Shown: one piece after another, positions 29,807-38,922 of the stretch | Layout: the number at the start of each line of letters is the position of its first letter | Position numbering within the stretch: the stretch's first letter is position 1 | Source of the DNA: Methanotrichaceae archaeon | GTDB taxonomy: Archaea > Halobacteriota > Methanosarcinia > Methanotrichales > Methanotrichaceae | Assembly: GCA_963748825.1 (NCBI GenBank) | Contig: CAVVKN010000022.1 | Location: 1 to 64,000, forward strand | Length of the DNA: 64,000 nt | Direction: 5' to 3' | Notes under the pieces: model-generated | The model's database searches: none | Seen by the model: the letters and a program-made list of their open reading frames with translations, nothing else | Told to the model about the DNA's origin: nothing | Program-made: the position numbers and the translations under genes

Positions 29807-30042
29807 TGAAATATTAAAATTCTATAAGCTATGCACATATAAAGTTCAATAAATTATAAATCGCGATCTTGCTCTCTTCAGATGACCTTGTTCTCGAGGC
29901 ACTCGATCAGGAGCTGCTTACCTGGATCAAAAAGAGACTGGGCAAGCAATTAATCAAAATATAAAATTATTGGAGCGGATCGATCCTTCGACCCACTCGG
30001 ATCATCTCTCTTGATTCATCCGTGGATGGCTGTAACAGAAGT

Positions 30043-31059
30043 TCAACGGGAGCTCGTCGTTGTCTGAGTAGTTCCATCGGAGCTCGTGGTTGTTTGATAA
30101 GTTCCATCAGAGGTTGTCGTAGTCTGACCAACAGGTGTAATGGTGGTCTGGCCGTTGGATGTGGTGGTGGTTTGGCCATTTGATGTAGTTGTAGTAGTCA
30201 AGCCGTTTGAAGATTGGGATGAGCTTCTGCTCGTGGTGACGCTCTCAGGGTTTGCGGCATTGCCAAGGACAGTTACGGGCATCTGTTTTGCTGCCGGATA
30301 ACTGGTTACCCCTGTGTTTCCTGCTGGAGCCTGGGCAAACACATCCACAACGACCACGTTGCTGGGCTGGTTATTCACCACAAAGTAGAGCATGTGTCTT
30401 CCAACCTGGTCAGCATTGAAGTTCATGGTGTTATAACCCTGGTTAAACTGGTAAGTATTGTACTTAGAACTGGTTGTGTCGGTCTGTGTCATCTCATAGA
30501 AGCCGGCGGGTCCCTCAACAGGTGCGTAAGCAATTAGCTGTAACCAGGTTCCGATGGGGCTTACCACATACTGTGTCCAGTTTGTTGCTCCCTGGATCCA
30601 GAGGTCGTTGGTCTTGGATGGCACTGTGGATGCATACTGAGTGTATGGCAACCCTACACCAGCACCGTAGTACACAGTGGAAGGTGTTTTCTGGGTTATA
30701 TCGAACTTGGCAGGATTGCTTATTATCCCACCCACTACAGGCGTACCGGTGGTTGTATAGTACTCTGTAAAGGGCGAGAACGTGACGTCGCTATACGGTT
30801 GGCTGTAGAAGGAACCACCCGTAGTGTACCAGGGGAAGTTGGGAACAGGCGTATCGAGCCAATGCAACATGCCAGCCAGACCCGGATCAGAATTTGTACG
30901 GGTGTATACTTGGCCCATGTTGGGGCTAATCCAATCTCCACTTGATCCCATTGAGCTGCCACTGGAACCTGCGCCTAGAGGGTCCTGTGCGAATGCCTGA
31001 AATGCAAGGCAGACGAGCACTGTCATACACAGTAAAATTTTGCTATATTTCATTTTCAC
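30043..31059 (-). CDS. Secreted paralog C with Thr-rich tail
   Basis: Near-identical to paralog B plus (NG/DG)xTTTTS repeats. Confidence 0.85.
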   Translation of the reverse strand: MKMKYSKILLCMTVLVCLAFQAFAQDPLGAGSSGSSMGSSGDWISPNMGQVYTRTNSDPGLAGMLHWLDTPVPNFPWYTTGGSFYSQPYSDVTFSPFTEYYTTTGTPVVGGIISNPAKFDITQKTPSTVYYGAGVGLPYTQYASTVPSKTNDLWIQGATNWTQYVVSPIGTWLQLIAYAPVEGPAGFYEMTQTDTTSSKYNTYQFNQGYNTMNFNADQVGRHMLYFVVNNQPSNVVVVDVFAQAPAGNTGVTSYPAAKQMPVTVLGNAANPESVTTSRSSSQSSNGLTTTTTSNGQTTTTSNGQTTITPVGQTTTTSDGTYQTTTSSDGTTQTTTSSR

Positions 31060-31124
31060 ACCTACTACTATTGCCTTAAGCGGCTTCTTAGATTTCTCCT
31101 TTTGCGATTCTAGATCTAATCAGC

Positions 31125-31151
31125 TGCCATTGAATAAAAAGCTTTTGATAC
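31125..31151 (-). promoter_or_regulatory. Module promoter block copy
   Basis: TGCCATTGAATAAAAAGCTTTTGATAC. Confidence 0.75.
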
Positions 31152-31261
31152 CAAAATATTAACGTGCTATAAGCTATTCCCATACAAATTCAGTAACAAG
31201 AGTACGGACTCAAAACTACGCACTCAGTCATGGTAATGAATAATATCAAATCATTTTCCAA

Positions 31262-31741
31262 TTAGCATCTTCTCCTCAGAGCTACGAAGGTCACCGCCAG
31301 GAGCCCGGCTACGGCAAAGATCGCCTCGAAGCCCGGAGTCGTGCTGGTCGCAGTTGCAGTAGTCGTACTTGTTGGCTCGGAGGCATGAGTTGTGCTTGTC
31401 GTAGTCGTAGTTGATTTGGTAGTATCCGGGCCGGAAGCCGAGCTAGTCTCAGTTGTTGTTGATTTGGCAGCATCAGGATTAGAAGTAGTGCTAGTCGCAG
31501 TTGTAGTAGATATGGCTTCATCCTTAGTGACCGGTTGATCGAGCCACTGCACCATCTCACTCACCCCCTCATCAGGATTTGTATCGCGGGACATTTGGCC
31601 CATGTTGGGGTCAAGATAATCTCCGCTAGATCCCATTTTGCTGCTACTGGGACTTTCGCCTAGGGGGTCTGACTGTGCGCATGCCTGAAACCCAAGGCAG
31701 ACAAGCATTGTCATACACAACAAAATTTTGCTATATTTCAT
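31262..31741 (-). CDS. Chimeric PGF-CTERM protein (paralog-family signal and leader fused to a Thr-rich stalk)
   Basis: MKYSKILLC..GSSGDYLDPNMGQ..QWLD.PV, then Thr/Ser-rich stalk, ending TPGFEAIFAVAGLLAVTFVALRRRC. Confidence 0.85.
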   Translation of the reverse strand: MKYSKILLCMTMLVCLGFQACAQSDPLGESPSSSKMGSSGDYLDPNMGQMSRDTNPDEGVSEMVQWLDQPVTKDEAISTTTATSTTSNPDAAKSTTTETSSASGPDTTKSTTTTTSTTHASEPTSTTTATATSTTPGFEAIFAVAGLLAVTFVALRRRC

Positions 31742-31819
31742 ATTGACACCTACTATTGCATAAATCAGCTTATTATATTCTTAAATAAACTCAAAGTTTT
31801 TAGAGGGAAAGGCAATCAT

Positions 31820-32013
31820 GAGCCTGGCTACGGCAAATGTTGCCTCGAAGCCAGGAGTCGTGCTAGTCGTAGTCGTTGATTTAGTCGCGCTTGCAGGCTC
31901 GGGGTGGCAGAAGCTGTGCTAGTCGTAGTTGCAGTAGATTTCGTTGCATCAGCTGTTGCACTTAGAGCCAGCAGCATCGTACCAATAAGCGTGGCCACTA
32001 ATATCTTTTTCAT
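31820..32013 (-). pseudogene. Mini PGF-CTERM gene, frameshifted and truncated
   Basis: MKKILVATLIG..ATKSTATTTST, then a frameshift before TTPGFEATFAVA; DUF1328 remnant immediately upstream (~32030-32085). Confidence 0.75.
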
Positions 32014-32226
32014 ATCAAAACCCCTTTTATCTAGTATCAGAGCTATTACAAAAACACTACAGCCAAATAGAGCAAGTCCGCCATCTTTGTACATTGGCCT
32101 TATCATATGCTTTAAGCGCCACCTCATAAGGTTATGCAGGATTTTATTGCCAAAAAAAAGATATGCGAGATTGATAGTAGAAAGGCTCGATGGCCGAAAT
32201 GTACCTACCATAAATCTCAAATCTCT

Positions 32227-33171
32227 CTAAGATATTGCATGCACTATTGGTGGCGTTGATCCAGCTGGCGTTTGGGCAAACACATCCACAATGATCACAT
32301 TGCTGGGTTGGCTGTTTACCACAAAGTAGAGCATATGTCTTCCAACCTGGTCGGCATTGAAGTTCATGGTGTTATAACCCTGGTTGAACTGATATGTCTT
32401 GTACATCGAACTGGTTGTGTCGGTCTGGATCATCTCATAGAAACCTGCCGGACCGTCAATGGGGGCGTAAGCGATTAGCTGCAGCCAGGTTCCGACTGGG
32501 CTTACCACATACTGTGTCCAGTTTGTTGCTCCCTGTATCCAGAGGTCGTTAGTCTTGGATGGCACTGTGGATGCATACTGGGTGAATGGCAACCCGATAC
32601 CGGCACCGTAGTAAACACTGGTGGGCGTTTTCTTCGTTATATCGAACTTGGTAGGATTGCTTATTATTCCACCCATTACAGGCATACCGGAGGTCAAATA
32701 ATATTCTGCGAAGGGCGAGAACGTTGTGTAGCTATATTCTTGGCTGTAGAAGGAACCACCTGTAGTGTACCAGGGGAAGCTTGGAACAGTCGTATCGAGC
32801 CACTGCAGCATGCTAGCCAGCCCCGGATCAGAATTTGTACGGGTGGACACTTGGCCCATGTTGGGGCTAATCCAATCTTCACTGGATCCCATTGTGTTAT
32901 TTGAACTCATATTGTTTAGACTGCTTGGACTTATGTTGCTTGGACTTATGTTGCTTGGACTTATGTTGCTTGGACTTATGTTGCTTGGACTTATGTTGCT
33001 TGGACTTATGTTGCTTGGACTTATGTTGCTTGGACTTATGTTGCTTGGACTTATGTTGTTTAGACTTGTGTTATTTAGACTCGTGTTGTTTGGACTTTCC
33101 AATACTGCGCAAGCCTGAAACGCAAGGCATAAGAGCGCCGTCATAAACAGCAAAATTTTGCTATATTTCAT
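32227..33171 (-). CDS. Secreted paralog D with (NISPS)9 repeat
   Basis: Same core and signal peptide as paralogs B and C; tandem repeat inserted in the leader. Confidence 0.85.
   Translation of the reverse strand: MKYSKILLFMTALLCLAFQACAVLESPNNTSLNNTSLNNISPSNISPSNISPSNISPSNISPSNISPSNISPSNISPSNISPSSLNNMSSNNTMGSSEDWISPNMGQVSTRTNSDPGLASMLQWLDTTVPSFPWYTTGGSFYSQEYSYTTFSPFAEYYLTSGMPVMGGIISNPTKFDITKKTPTSVYYGAGIGLPFTQYASTVPSKTNDLWIQGATNWTQYVVSPVGTWLQLIAYAPIDGPAGFYEMIQTDTTSSMYKTYQFNQGYNTMNFNADQVGRHMLYFVVNSQPSNVIIVDVFAQTPAGSTPPIVHAIS
32923..33057. repeat. Perfect 15-bp coding tandem repeat x9 (GCTTGGACTTATGTT)
   Basis: Nine exact units counted; degenerate NNTSL units adjacent. Confidence 0.95.
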
Positions 33172-33492
33172 TTTAACACCTACTATTGCTTAAATCATCT
33201 TCATAGATTTCTAAATGAAATCACAGTTTTAGAGGCAGGACCGGCAAATAGCGAAAAGGATCTCAAAAGTCTTTTGAATTCCATCTCAAATCTGCCTGAG
33301 TTATATATATTTTCTATTTCAGTGCCTCAGCCGTCTTATTTTCTATGTGAGCTTTCGCCTTTTCCGTGTTAGTTTTTTGTGTGTCCCATCTTTTTCCCTA
33401 CATCAGCCTCGTCTTCTTGAGATCAACTGTCGTATCTATATTATCCTCTATCTTTTTCTGAATCCACCGTTTGTGATTCTAATTCTAATAGG

Positions 33493-33520
33493 ATGCCATT
33501 GAATAAAAAGCTTTTGGTAT
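33493..33520 (-). promoter_or_regulatory. Module promoter block copy
   Basis: ATGCCATTGAATAAAAAGCTTTTGGTAT. Confidence 0.75.
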
Positions 33521-33623
33521 CATAATATTAAAATCCCATAAGCTACGCACATACAAATTCAATAAAATAAAGTGCGGACCTAAATGCATTGAACCTATCC
33601 GCACTAACGGCTAAAAATTGATA

Positions 33624-34019
33624 TTACTTTCGAAACCTATAGCTTTCTAAACCAATCGAGCTATGAACTTCGTTAGCCACCATATTGAAAGATGTGTTAT
33701 GGTGTGTGTTCATACTTCCGAAATGCTGGAATGGATCGAATTTGCGATTACGATAAGACCTTCTAGAGGCAGATATTACTCGATCCTTAAAATGGATCAG
33801 CTGTAATACCCTCATCCTTGCAAATTTGATAAGCTGCGGTGTAAGATGGAGGGCAAAAATCATGCTTCTCCGGGGCATAGGAAAATTGCAGTTTGGGCAT
33901 TGTGGAATTTTTATCATTATATATATCAAATAGAAGATGCCTAAACCGCAAATAAATCCCTTCCATGTTAAATACATCTTGGGCGTTACATTTTTCCGAC
34001 AATATCCACAAAGTACCAT
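33624..34019 (-). CDS. LITAF-like zinc-ribbon membrane protein
   Basis: CGYC-(hydrophobic segment)-CPNC. Confidence 0.6.
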   Translation of the reverse strand: MVLCGYCRKNVTPKMYLTWKGFICGLGIFYLIYIMIKIPQCPNCNFPMPRRSMIFALHLTPQLIKFARMRVLQLIHFKDRVISASRRSYRNRKFDPFQHFGSMNTHHNTSFNMVANEVHSSIGLESYRFRK

Positions 34020-34386
34020 ATATCCTCGATCTATTATTATCAACACGGGTTTTGACAAATGATCTATCTGGAGAATGATTTCTCGCGTTCGATTTTGATT
34101 CTTAATTCCGTTTCTCAGATTTTCCTAACGAGTTCTAATCCGAAGGACGGGCAGGCAAGTCGCGAATAGGATATCACGAATCTTTTCATCCCTGTCTGAG
34201 ATATGCCTGAATTAATTATATATTGTTTATTTTTGTATCTTAGCCATCTTATTTCCTCTGTGAAGCTTTCAACTTTTCCATATAAGTTTTTCCCTGCGCC
34301 AGCCTTGGCTTCTTGATACCAGTCGTCCTATAAAATATCATTTATCATTTTTTGGATCCAACGTTTGCTATTCTAATTCCAATAGA

Positions 34387-34414
34387 ATGCCATTGAATAA
34401 AAAGCTTTTGGTAC
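34387..34414 (-). promoter_or_regulatory. Module promoter block copy
   Basis: ATGCCATTGAATAAAAAGCTTTTGGTAC. Confidence 0.75.
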
Positions 34415-34596
34415 TGAAATATTAAAATACCATAATCTATACACATATAAAATTCAATAAAATAAAGTGCAGACCTAAAAAATGTATTGAACCTATCCGA
34501 ACCGAGGACCAAAAAATCGTCTGGCCGAGGATCCTGCACCCAAGGCACTCGGTCAGGGTAATGAATATAATTTTATAAAAAAATTGATGGAGCGAT

Positions 34597-34926
34597 CTAT
34601 CTTTCGACCCACTTAAATTCCGGATCTTTGATATTATTGAAATTCTTGATGATCACTGCCGCGTCTTTCCTATTCAGCTGAGAGTCCATCATCTTCTCGC
34701 ACACACAACGCAGTGCCTCTTTTTCCATCTTTACGGCATCGCTATCTTTGGGTTTAGGTGCCAGTCCAGAACTCTTAAAAAGGTACTCCTTCTCGTCCAT
34801 ATGTGTGCTCATACCCCATTTGCTGAACATCTCAGAAGCAATATCCAAAAGATGTTGATCAAAGATCTCGGGAAGCTTGCAACCATCTATCTGTCGCATA
34901 AATTCTTCTTTCTTCAAAATGATCAC
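34597..34926 (-). CDS. Hypothetical protein
   Basis: Clean ~105-aa ORF with GAGGTG SD-like site. Confidence 0.6.
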   Translation of the reverse strand: MIILKKEEFMRQIDGCKLPEIFDQHLLDIASEMFSKWGMSTHMDEKEYLFKSSGLAPKPKDSDAVKMEKEALRCVCEKMMDSQLNRKDAAVIIKNFNNIKDPEFKWVER

Positions 34927-35109
34927 CTCAATCTATCAGTTTATCTAAGGATTTTAGGTCTTTTTCATCGCATTGTGGATCTTTCTCGCCAGGACCAAGA
35001 GGGGGATTATAGTCCCCAGCATGAACAATATTTTTATAAGCTTTTTTAACATAATTAGTTTCACCTAAGCCAAACATAGCCTTTTGAAATATAAAAAAAT
35101 AAAAGGCAC

Positions 35110-35343
35110 TTAGCGTCTTCTCCTCAGAGCTACGAAGGTCACCGCCAGGAGCCCGACTACGGCAAATGTTGCCTCGAAGCCAGGAGTCGTGCTGGTAGTA
35201 GTTGTTGATTTAGTCGTGCTTGTAGGCTCGGTGGCAGGAGTTACGCTAGTCGTAGTTGTAGTAGATTTAGTAACATCTGCTGCTTCACTTAGAGCCATCA
35301 GCATCATCATGGCAATAAGCATGGCTACTAATATCTTTTTCAT
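35110..35343 (-). CDS. Mini Thr-rich PGF-CTERM protein (77 aa)
   Basis: Signal peptide MKKILVAMLIAMMMLMALSEA; Thr/Ser stalk; TPGFEATFAVVGLLAVTFVALRRRR. Confidence 0.85.
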   Translation of the reverse strand: MKKILVAMLIAMMMLMALSEAADVTKSTTTTTSVTPATEPTSTTKSTTTTSTTPGFEATFAVVGLLAVTFVALRRRR

Positions 35344-35378
35344 ATCAAAACCTCTTTTCTCATGTGAATACGCAAGTC

Positions 35379-35570
35379 CTAGATTCCAAGCTGTAATACC
35401 GCCAGGTTGATTGAGCCGCCAAACAAAATCGATAGTACCGCCAGGATGATGAATACTATTATTAGCCATTTGGCAATATCCATAGATATGCCGGCACCAC
35501 GTACACCCAATATCCCAAGTATCAGGGCGATTACAAAGAACACTATCCCCAAATAAAGTAAGTCCGCCAT
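35379..35570 (-). CDS. DUF1328 (UPF0391/YtjA-like) small membrane protein
   Basis: L..L...FFVIALI...LG.RG.AG.SM.IAKWL...FIILAVLS. Confidence 0.8.
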   Translation of the reverse strand: MADLLYLGIVFFVIALILGILGVRGAGISMDIAKWLIIVFIILAVLSILFGGSINLAVLQLGI

Positions 35571-35743
35571 TTTTGTACACCTCTCTATATTGATGAGTGA
35601 ATGCTCGCTTTTTGATTTTGACTCTAAATTCTAAATTCCGCCTTCTCAGACATCTTAACGAGTTCAAATCTTAAGGAAGGGGCGGTCAAGTCGCGAAAAG
35701 GATTTGTATTGTATATTTCCTTGTATCGGGCCTTCCTATTTTT

Positions 35744-36007
35744 CTATGTAAGCCTCGCCTTCTCAGCATCTGCTCTTTCATGAGCCAGCTTATTATCTAA
35801 ATCAGCCTTCGCCTTCTGTGCATCAGCCTTTATGTCAGCCTTTGCATAAGCTGCCTTCTTGCCTAGCTCATCATCATGCCCAAATTTGGCCTTCGCCTTT
35901 TCTACATCAGCCTCTACCTCAGCCTTTGCATGGGACACTATATTCTCTAAATCAGAAATCGCCTTCTTGGCATCAGCCTTCATCGTTTTTACATTTTCAT
36001 TTGCCAT
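35744..36007 (-). CDS. LEA-like Ala/Lys/Asp-rich repeat protein
   Basis: Periodic AKAD/AKAE amphipathic repeats; no Cys or Trp. Confidence 0.75.
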   Translation of the reverse strand: MANENVKTMKADAKKAISDLENIVSHAKAEVEADVEKAKAKFGHDDELGKKAAYAKADIKADAQKAKADLDNKLAHERADAEKARLT

Positions 36008-36047
36008 TCCTTAATTCCACCATTTTATGAACCTGAATATAGTAGTC

Positions 36048-36074
36048 TGTTATTCCATAAAAAGATTTTGGTAC
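36048..36074 (-). promoter_or_regulatory. Module promoter block copy (variant)
   Basis: TGTTATTCCATAAAAAGATTTTGGTAC, between the LEA-like and RHH genes. Confidence 0.7.
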
Positions 36075-36129
36075 CTAAATTTTCAGATACATAAGATATA
36101 TAAGGACGAAGCTTTATTTATGGAGGGCT

Positions 36130-36285
36130 ATGCAAAAAACCACATTAACCTTATCCGAATCTGTGTCCAAAACGCTGAAAGTTTACACCGTAAAGTCTAA
36201 AAGTAGCTTGAGGGCCCAAAGCCTCGTGATCGAAGAGGCCTTAAAAGAATTCTTTGAGAGACACAATGTGAAAATAGAGGAGTAA
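36130..36285 (+). CDS. RHH micro-protein, copy 3
   Basis: MQKTTLTLSESVSKTLKVYTVKSKSSLRAQSLVIEEALKEFFERHNVKIEE*; GGAGG SD. Confidence 0.85.
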   Translation: MQKTTLTLSESVSKTLKVYTVKSKSSLRAQSLVIEEALKEFFERHNVKIEE

Positions 36286-36388
36286 CCAAAGCGATTTTAA
36301 TCCATCTTCATTTTATTCTCCATGGGTATCTCCGAGTATCGGCTCGTTTAGATAAAAGAGACTATGAAAATAAAAAAATAATATTTTT

Positions 36389-36718
36389 CTAGTGTCTTCT
36401 CCTCAGAGCTACGAAGGTTACTGCCAGGAGACCAGCTACGGCAAAGGTGGCCTCGAAGCCAGGAGTCGTGCTAGTCGTAGTCGTTGATTTAGTAGTGCTT
36501 GTTGGCTCGGTTGCAGGAGTTGTGCTAGTCGTGGTTGTAGTTGACTTGGTAGCATCAGGGCCTGGAGCCGAGCTGGTCGTAGTTGTAGTTGATTTTGTAA
36601 CATCCGGGCTAGGAGTAGTACTGGTCGTAGTTGTAGTTGATTTAGTTTCTTCCGCTGCTGCACTTAGAGCCATCAGCATCATTATGGCAATAAGCATGGC
36701 CACTAATATCTTTTTCAT
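36389..36718 (-). CDS. Mini Thr-rich PGF-CTERM protein (109 aa)
   Basis: Signal peptide; repeated TKSTTTTTS units; PGFEATFAVAGLLAVTFVALRRRH. Confidence 0.85.
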   Translation of the reverse strand: MKKILVAMLIAIMMLMALSAAAEETKSTTTTTSTTPSPDVTKSTTTTTSSAPGPDATKSTTTTTSTTPATEPTSTTKSTTTTSTTPGFEATFAVAGLLAVTFVALRRRH

Positions 36719-36825
36719 TTGAAAACCTCTTTTCTCGGGTGATCTTTTTAAATCAGGTATGCCGCCCCTAAGCATTATCCATATGTGCTTATGGGCAAGC
36801 AATACACAAATCCTAAAGCGCAATC

Positions 36826-37026
36826 CTAAATTCCAAGCTGTGCAAGCTGTAATACCGCCAAGTGGAATGAGCCACCAAATACAAGCGACAGTACCGCCAG
36901 GATGATGAATACGATTATCAGCCATTTAGCTATTTCCATCGATATGCCAACACCACGTACTCCCAATATTCCAAGTATCAGAGCTATTACAAAGAAAACA
37001 AGAGCCAAATAGAGCAAGTCCGCCAT
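36826..37026 (-). CDS. DUF1328 small membrane protein, copy 2
   Basis: Paralog of 35379-35570; GGAGGTG SD. Confidence 0.8.
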   Translation of the reverse strand: MADLLYLALVFFVIALILGILGVRGVGISMEIAKWLIIVFIILAVLSLVFGGSFHLAVLQLAQLGI

Positions 37027-37073
37027 TTACGTTCACCTCCTAAATATTGATGACTGTTTATATTCTCCATTGT

Positions 37074-37364
37074 CTATTTCAGCGCGTCATTCATCTTTTT
37101 TCCTATCTCAGCTCTCGCCTTTTCAGCATCAGCTTTTGCATGTGCTACCTTATTCTCGACATCAGCCTTCGCTTTCTCAGCATTAGCCTTTATGTCAGCC
37201 TTTGCATAAGCTACCTTCTTCTCGGCTCCATCATGCTCTAAATTGGCCTTTATCTTCTCCACATCAGCATTTACATCAGCTTTTGCATATGCTACCTTGT
37301 TCCCTATGTCAGCCACTACTTTCTTAGTATCAGCTTTCGCCGTCTCTATTCGATCACTTGCCAT
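37074..37364 (-). CDS. LEA-like repeat protein, copy 2
   Basis: KVAYAKAD/KVAHAKAD repeated three times; GGAGG SD. Confidence 0.78.
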   Translation of the reverse strand: MASDRIETAKADTKKVVADIGNKVAYAKADVNADVEKIKANLEHDGAEKKVAYAKADIKANAEKAKADVENKVAHAKADAEKARAEIGKKMNDALK

Positions 37365-37402
37365 TATTTAATTCCTCCATTTATGAATCTAAATTTAGTA
37401 GG

Positions 37403-37430
37403 ATGTTATTACATAAAAAGCTTTTGGTAC
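37403..37430 (-). promoter_or_regulatory. Module promoter block copy
   Basis: ATGTTATTACATAAAAAGCTTTTGGTAC. Confidence 0.72.
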
Positions 37431-37484
37431 CCAAATTTCAAGACACACAAGATATATAAACACGAAGCCTCGTTATGAATTGTC

Positions 37485-37592
37485 ATGCAAAAAACTACCT
37501 TGACCTTATCCGACCCGTTGGCCAAAACTCTGAAAGTTTATACCGTGCAGTCCAAGAGCAGTTTGCGGGCTCAAAGCCAGGTGGTTGAAGAG
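37485..37592 (+). pseudogene. RHH copy truncated by an IS remnant
   Basis: MQKTTLTLSDPLAKTLKVYTVQSKSSLRAQSQVVEE, then homology breaks abruptly. Confidence 0.85.
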
Positions 37593-38205
37593 TTACGTCC
37601 CCAATAAGCTTATGGGAGTTGCATGAATAAGCTTGTAAGGGTACCATTAAAGCTCGATCCATATTAGGCGAGTTTCTCTGATCTCTTTACCAGGCCAAGT
37701 TATGCTTCATTCTGCCATATGACCACAACCATAGCCGTATGTGATAAATCTAAGACCGTTTTTAATCCTTATGAAACCATGGCCGATGATAACAAGGACA
37801 AGAAAGGGCGATCTTCTTACAATTGGTTTATCACCAACGGAGACTGGGATGAAGATGAAATAGCCCAGAGGAAGGCGGATTTGTTCTTCGAGGAGCTGTG
37901 CCTCAAAAAAGACAACCGATACTGCTAATCATTGATGATACCTATAACGAGAAGAAGGGCAAGCACACGGGGGTAGGGAAATTTTTCGATCACATTAAAG
38001 GCTTCATCTGGACAGGCATTCTACTGGTTAAGATCGAGAGCCCTCCATAGGGAGCAAAAAAGAAAACTATTGGCGAGATGGTTGATCAAGTCAGATCGGA
38101 ATCCATTGTTGACTTGATGGTTTATGTTATGGAATGATTTAATCTACCGATACCCGACGATGGAGGACTGCTCTACAAGCTCAAAGCGATAGGACTAAAA
38201 GTTGG
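37593..38205 (+). mobile_element. Degraded IS701-like (DDE) transposase remnant
   Basis: Begins TTACGTCCCCAATAAG at the RHH breakpoint; fragments FSDLFTRPSYASF... and LLIIDDTYNEKKGKHT.GVG with stops and frameshifts. Confidence 0.65.
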
Positions 38206-38207
38206 AA

Positions 38208-38843
38208 TCATGATATTTTACTATGTATCGCCCATTGATAAGCGAGAATCAGAGCGAAAAGCCATATCGTGCCGATGATATAGCTACCTAAAACATCGCT
38301 CGCCCAGTGCACGCCAAGAAATATACGTGACGGTCCGATTAGAACGATTAGCGCGCCGCAAATAGCGATAACGATCATGCGTGCCCGTCCAGCAAAATGT
38401 ATCCACGCCAGATAGGCAAAGAATCCAAAAAAGACGACAAAAAATAGGACATGCCCACTTGGATAGCTATATTGATTGATGCTCTGCAGGAATCCGCTGG
38501 CATTTTCAGTTACAGGGAATGGACGCGTTCTATGAATGAGCTCTTTTAGCACAAAAGCTAGCAGTGCGCTGCTGGTTGTGGCAATCATAAAGACCGCCTC
38601 TAGCCATTGGCGCCGTAACGCAAAGGTCAGCATAGTGATGGCGGTTAGCATCATAGCAATCGCTGGTTCGCCTAGAGCGCTAACCCCTCTCATCAGTCCG
38701 TCGAACAGTGGGCCGGCTTGCTCTTGCAACTCTTCGTAGGACTTCGAGTCGAAGGGCAAGACCGGGAACCGGGCTGCTGCATACGTGAGCAAGAGGGCCA
38801 ACAAAAGCAGGAGCACAAAAGTGATTGCGATATTTCTATTCAC
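38208..38843 (-). CDS. PAP2-family phosphatase
   Basis: K....R.RP, YPSGH and SRIFLGVHW.SDVLG motifs; GTG start at 38843. Confidence 0.9.
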   Translation of the reverse strand: MNRNIAITFVLLLLLALLLTYAAARFPVLPFDSKSYEELQEQAGPLFDGLMRGVSALGEPAIAMMLTAITMLTFALRRQWLEAVFMIATTSSALLAFVLKELIHRTRPFPVTENASGFLQSINQYSYPSGHVLFFVVFFGFFAYLAWIHFAGRARMIVIAICGALIVLIGPSRIFLGVHWASDVLGSYIIGTIWLFALILAYQWAIHSKIS

Positions 38844-38922
38844 TGGATTTTCCTTAGTAGGCTCGCACTTATTATTCCTTTGGCCGATCCTTTTCTGAGA
38901 TGAGCGATGACGTCGAATGAGT

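Noticed and set aside
32923-33057. Possible CRISPR array
   Set aside because: Head-to-tail 15-bp units with no spacers, in frame within a CDS; no cas genes in the window.
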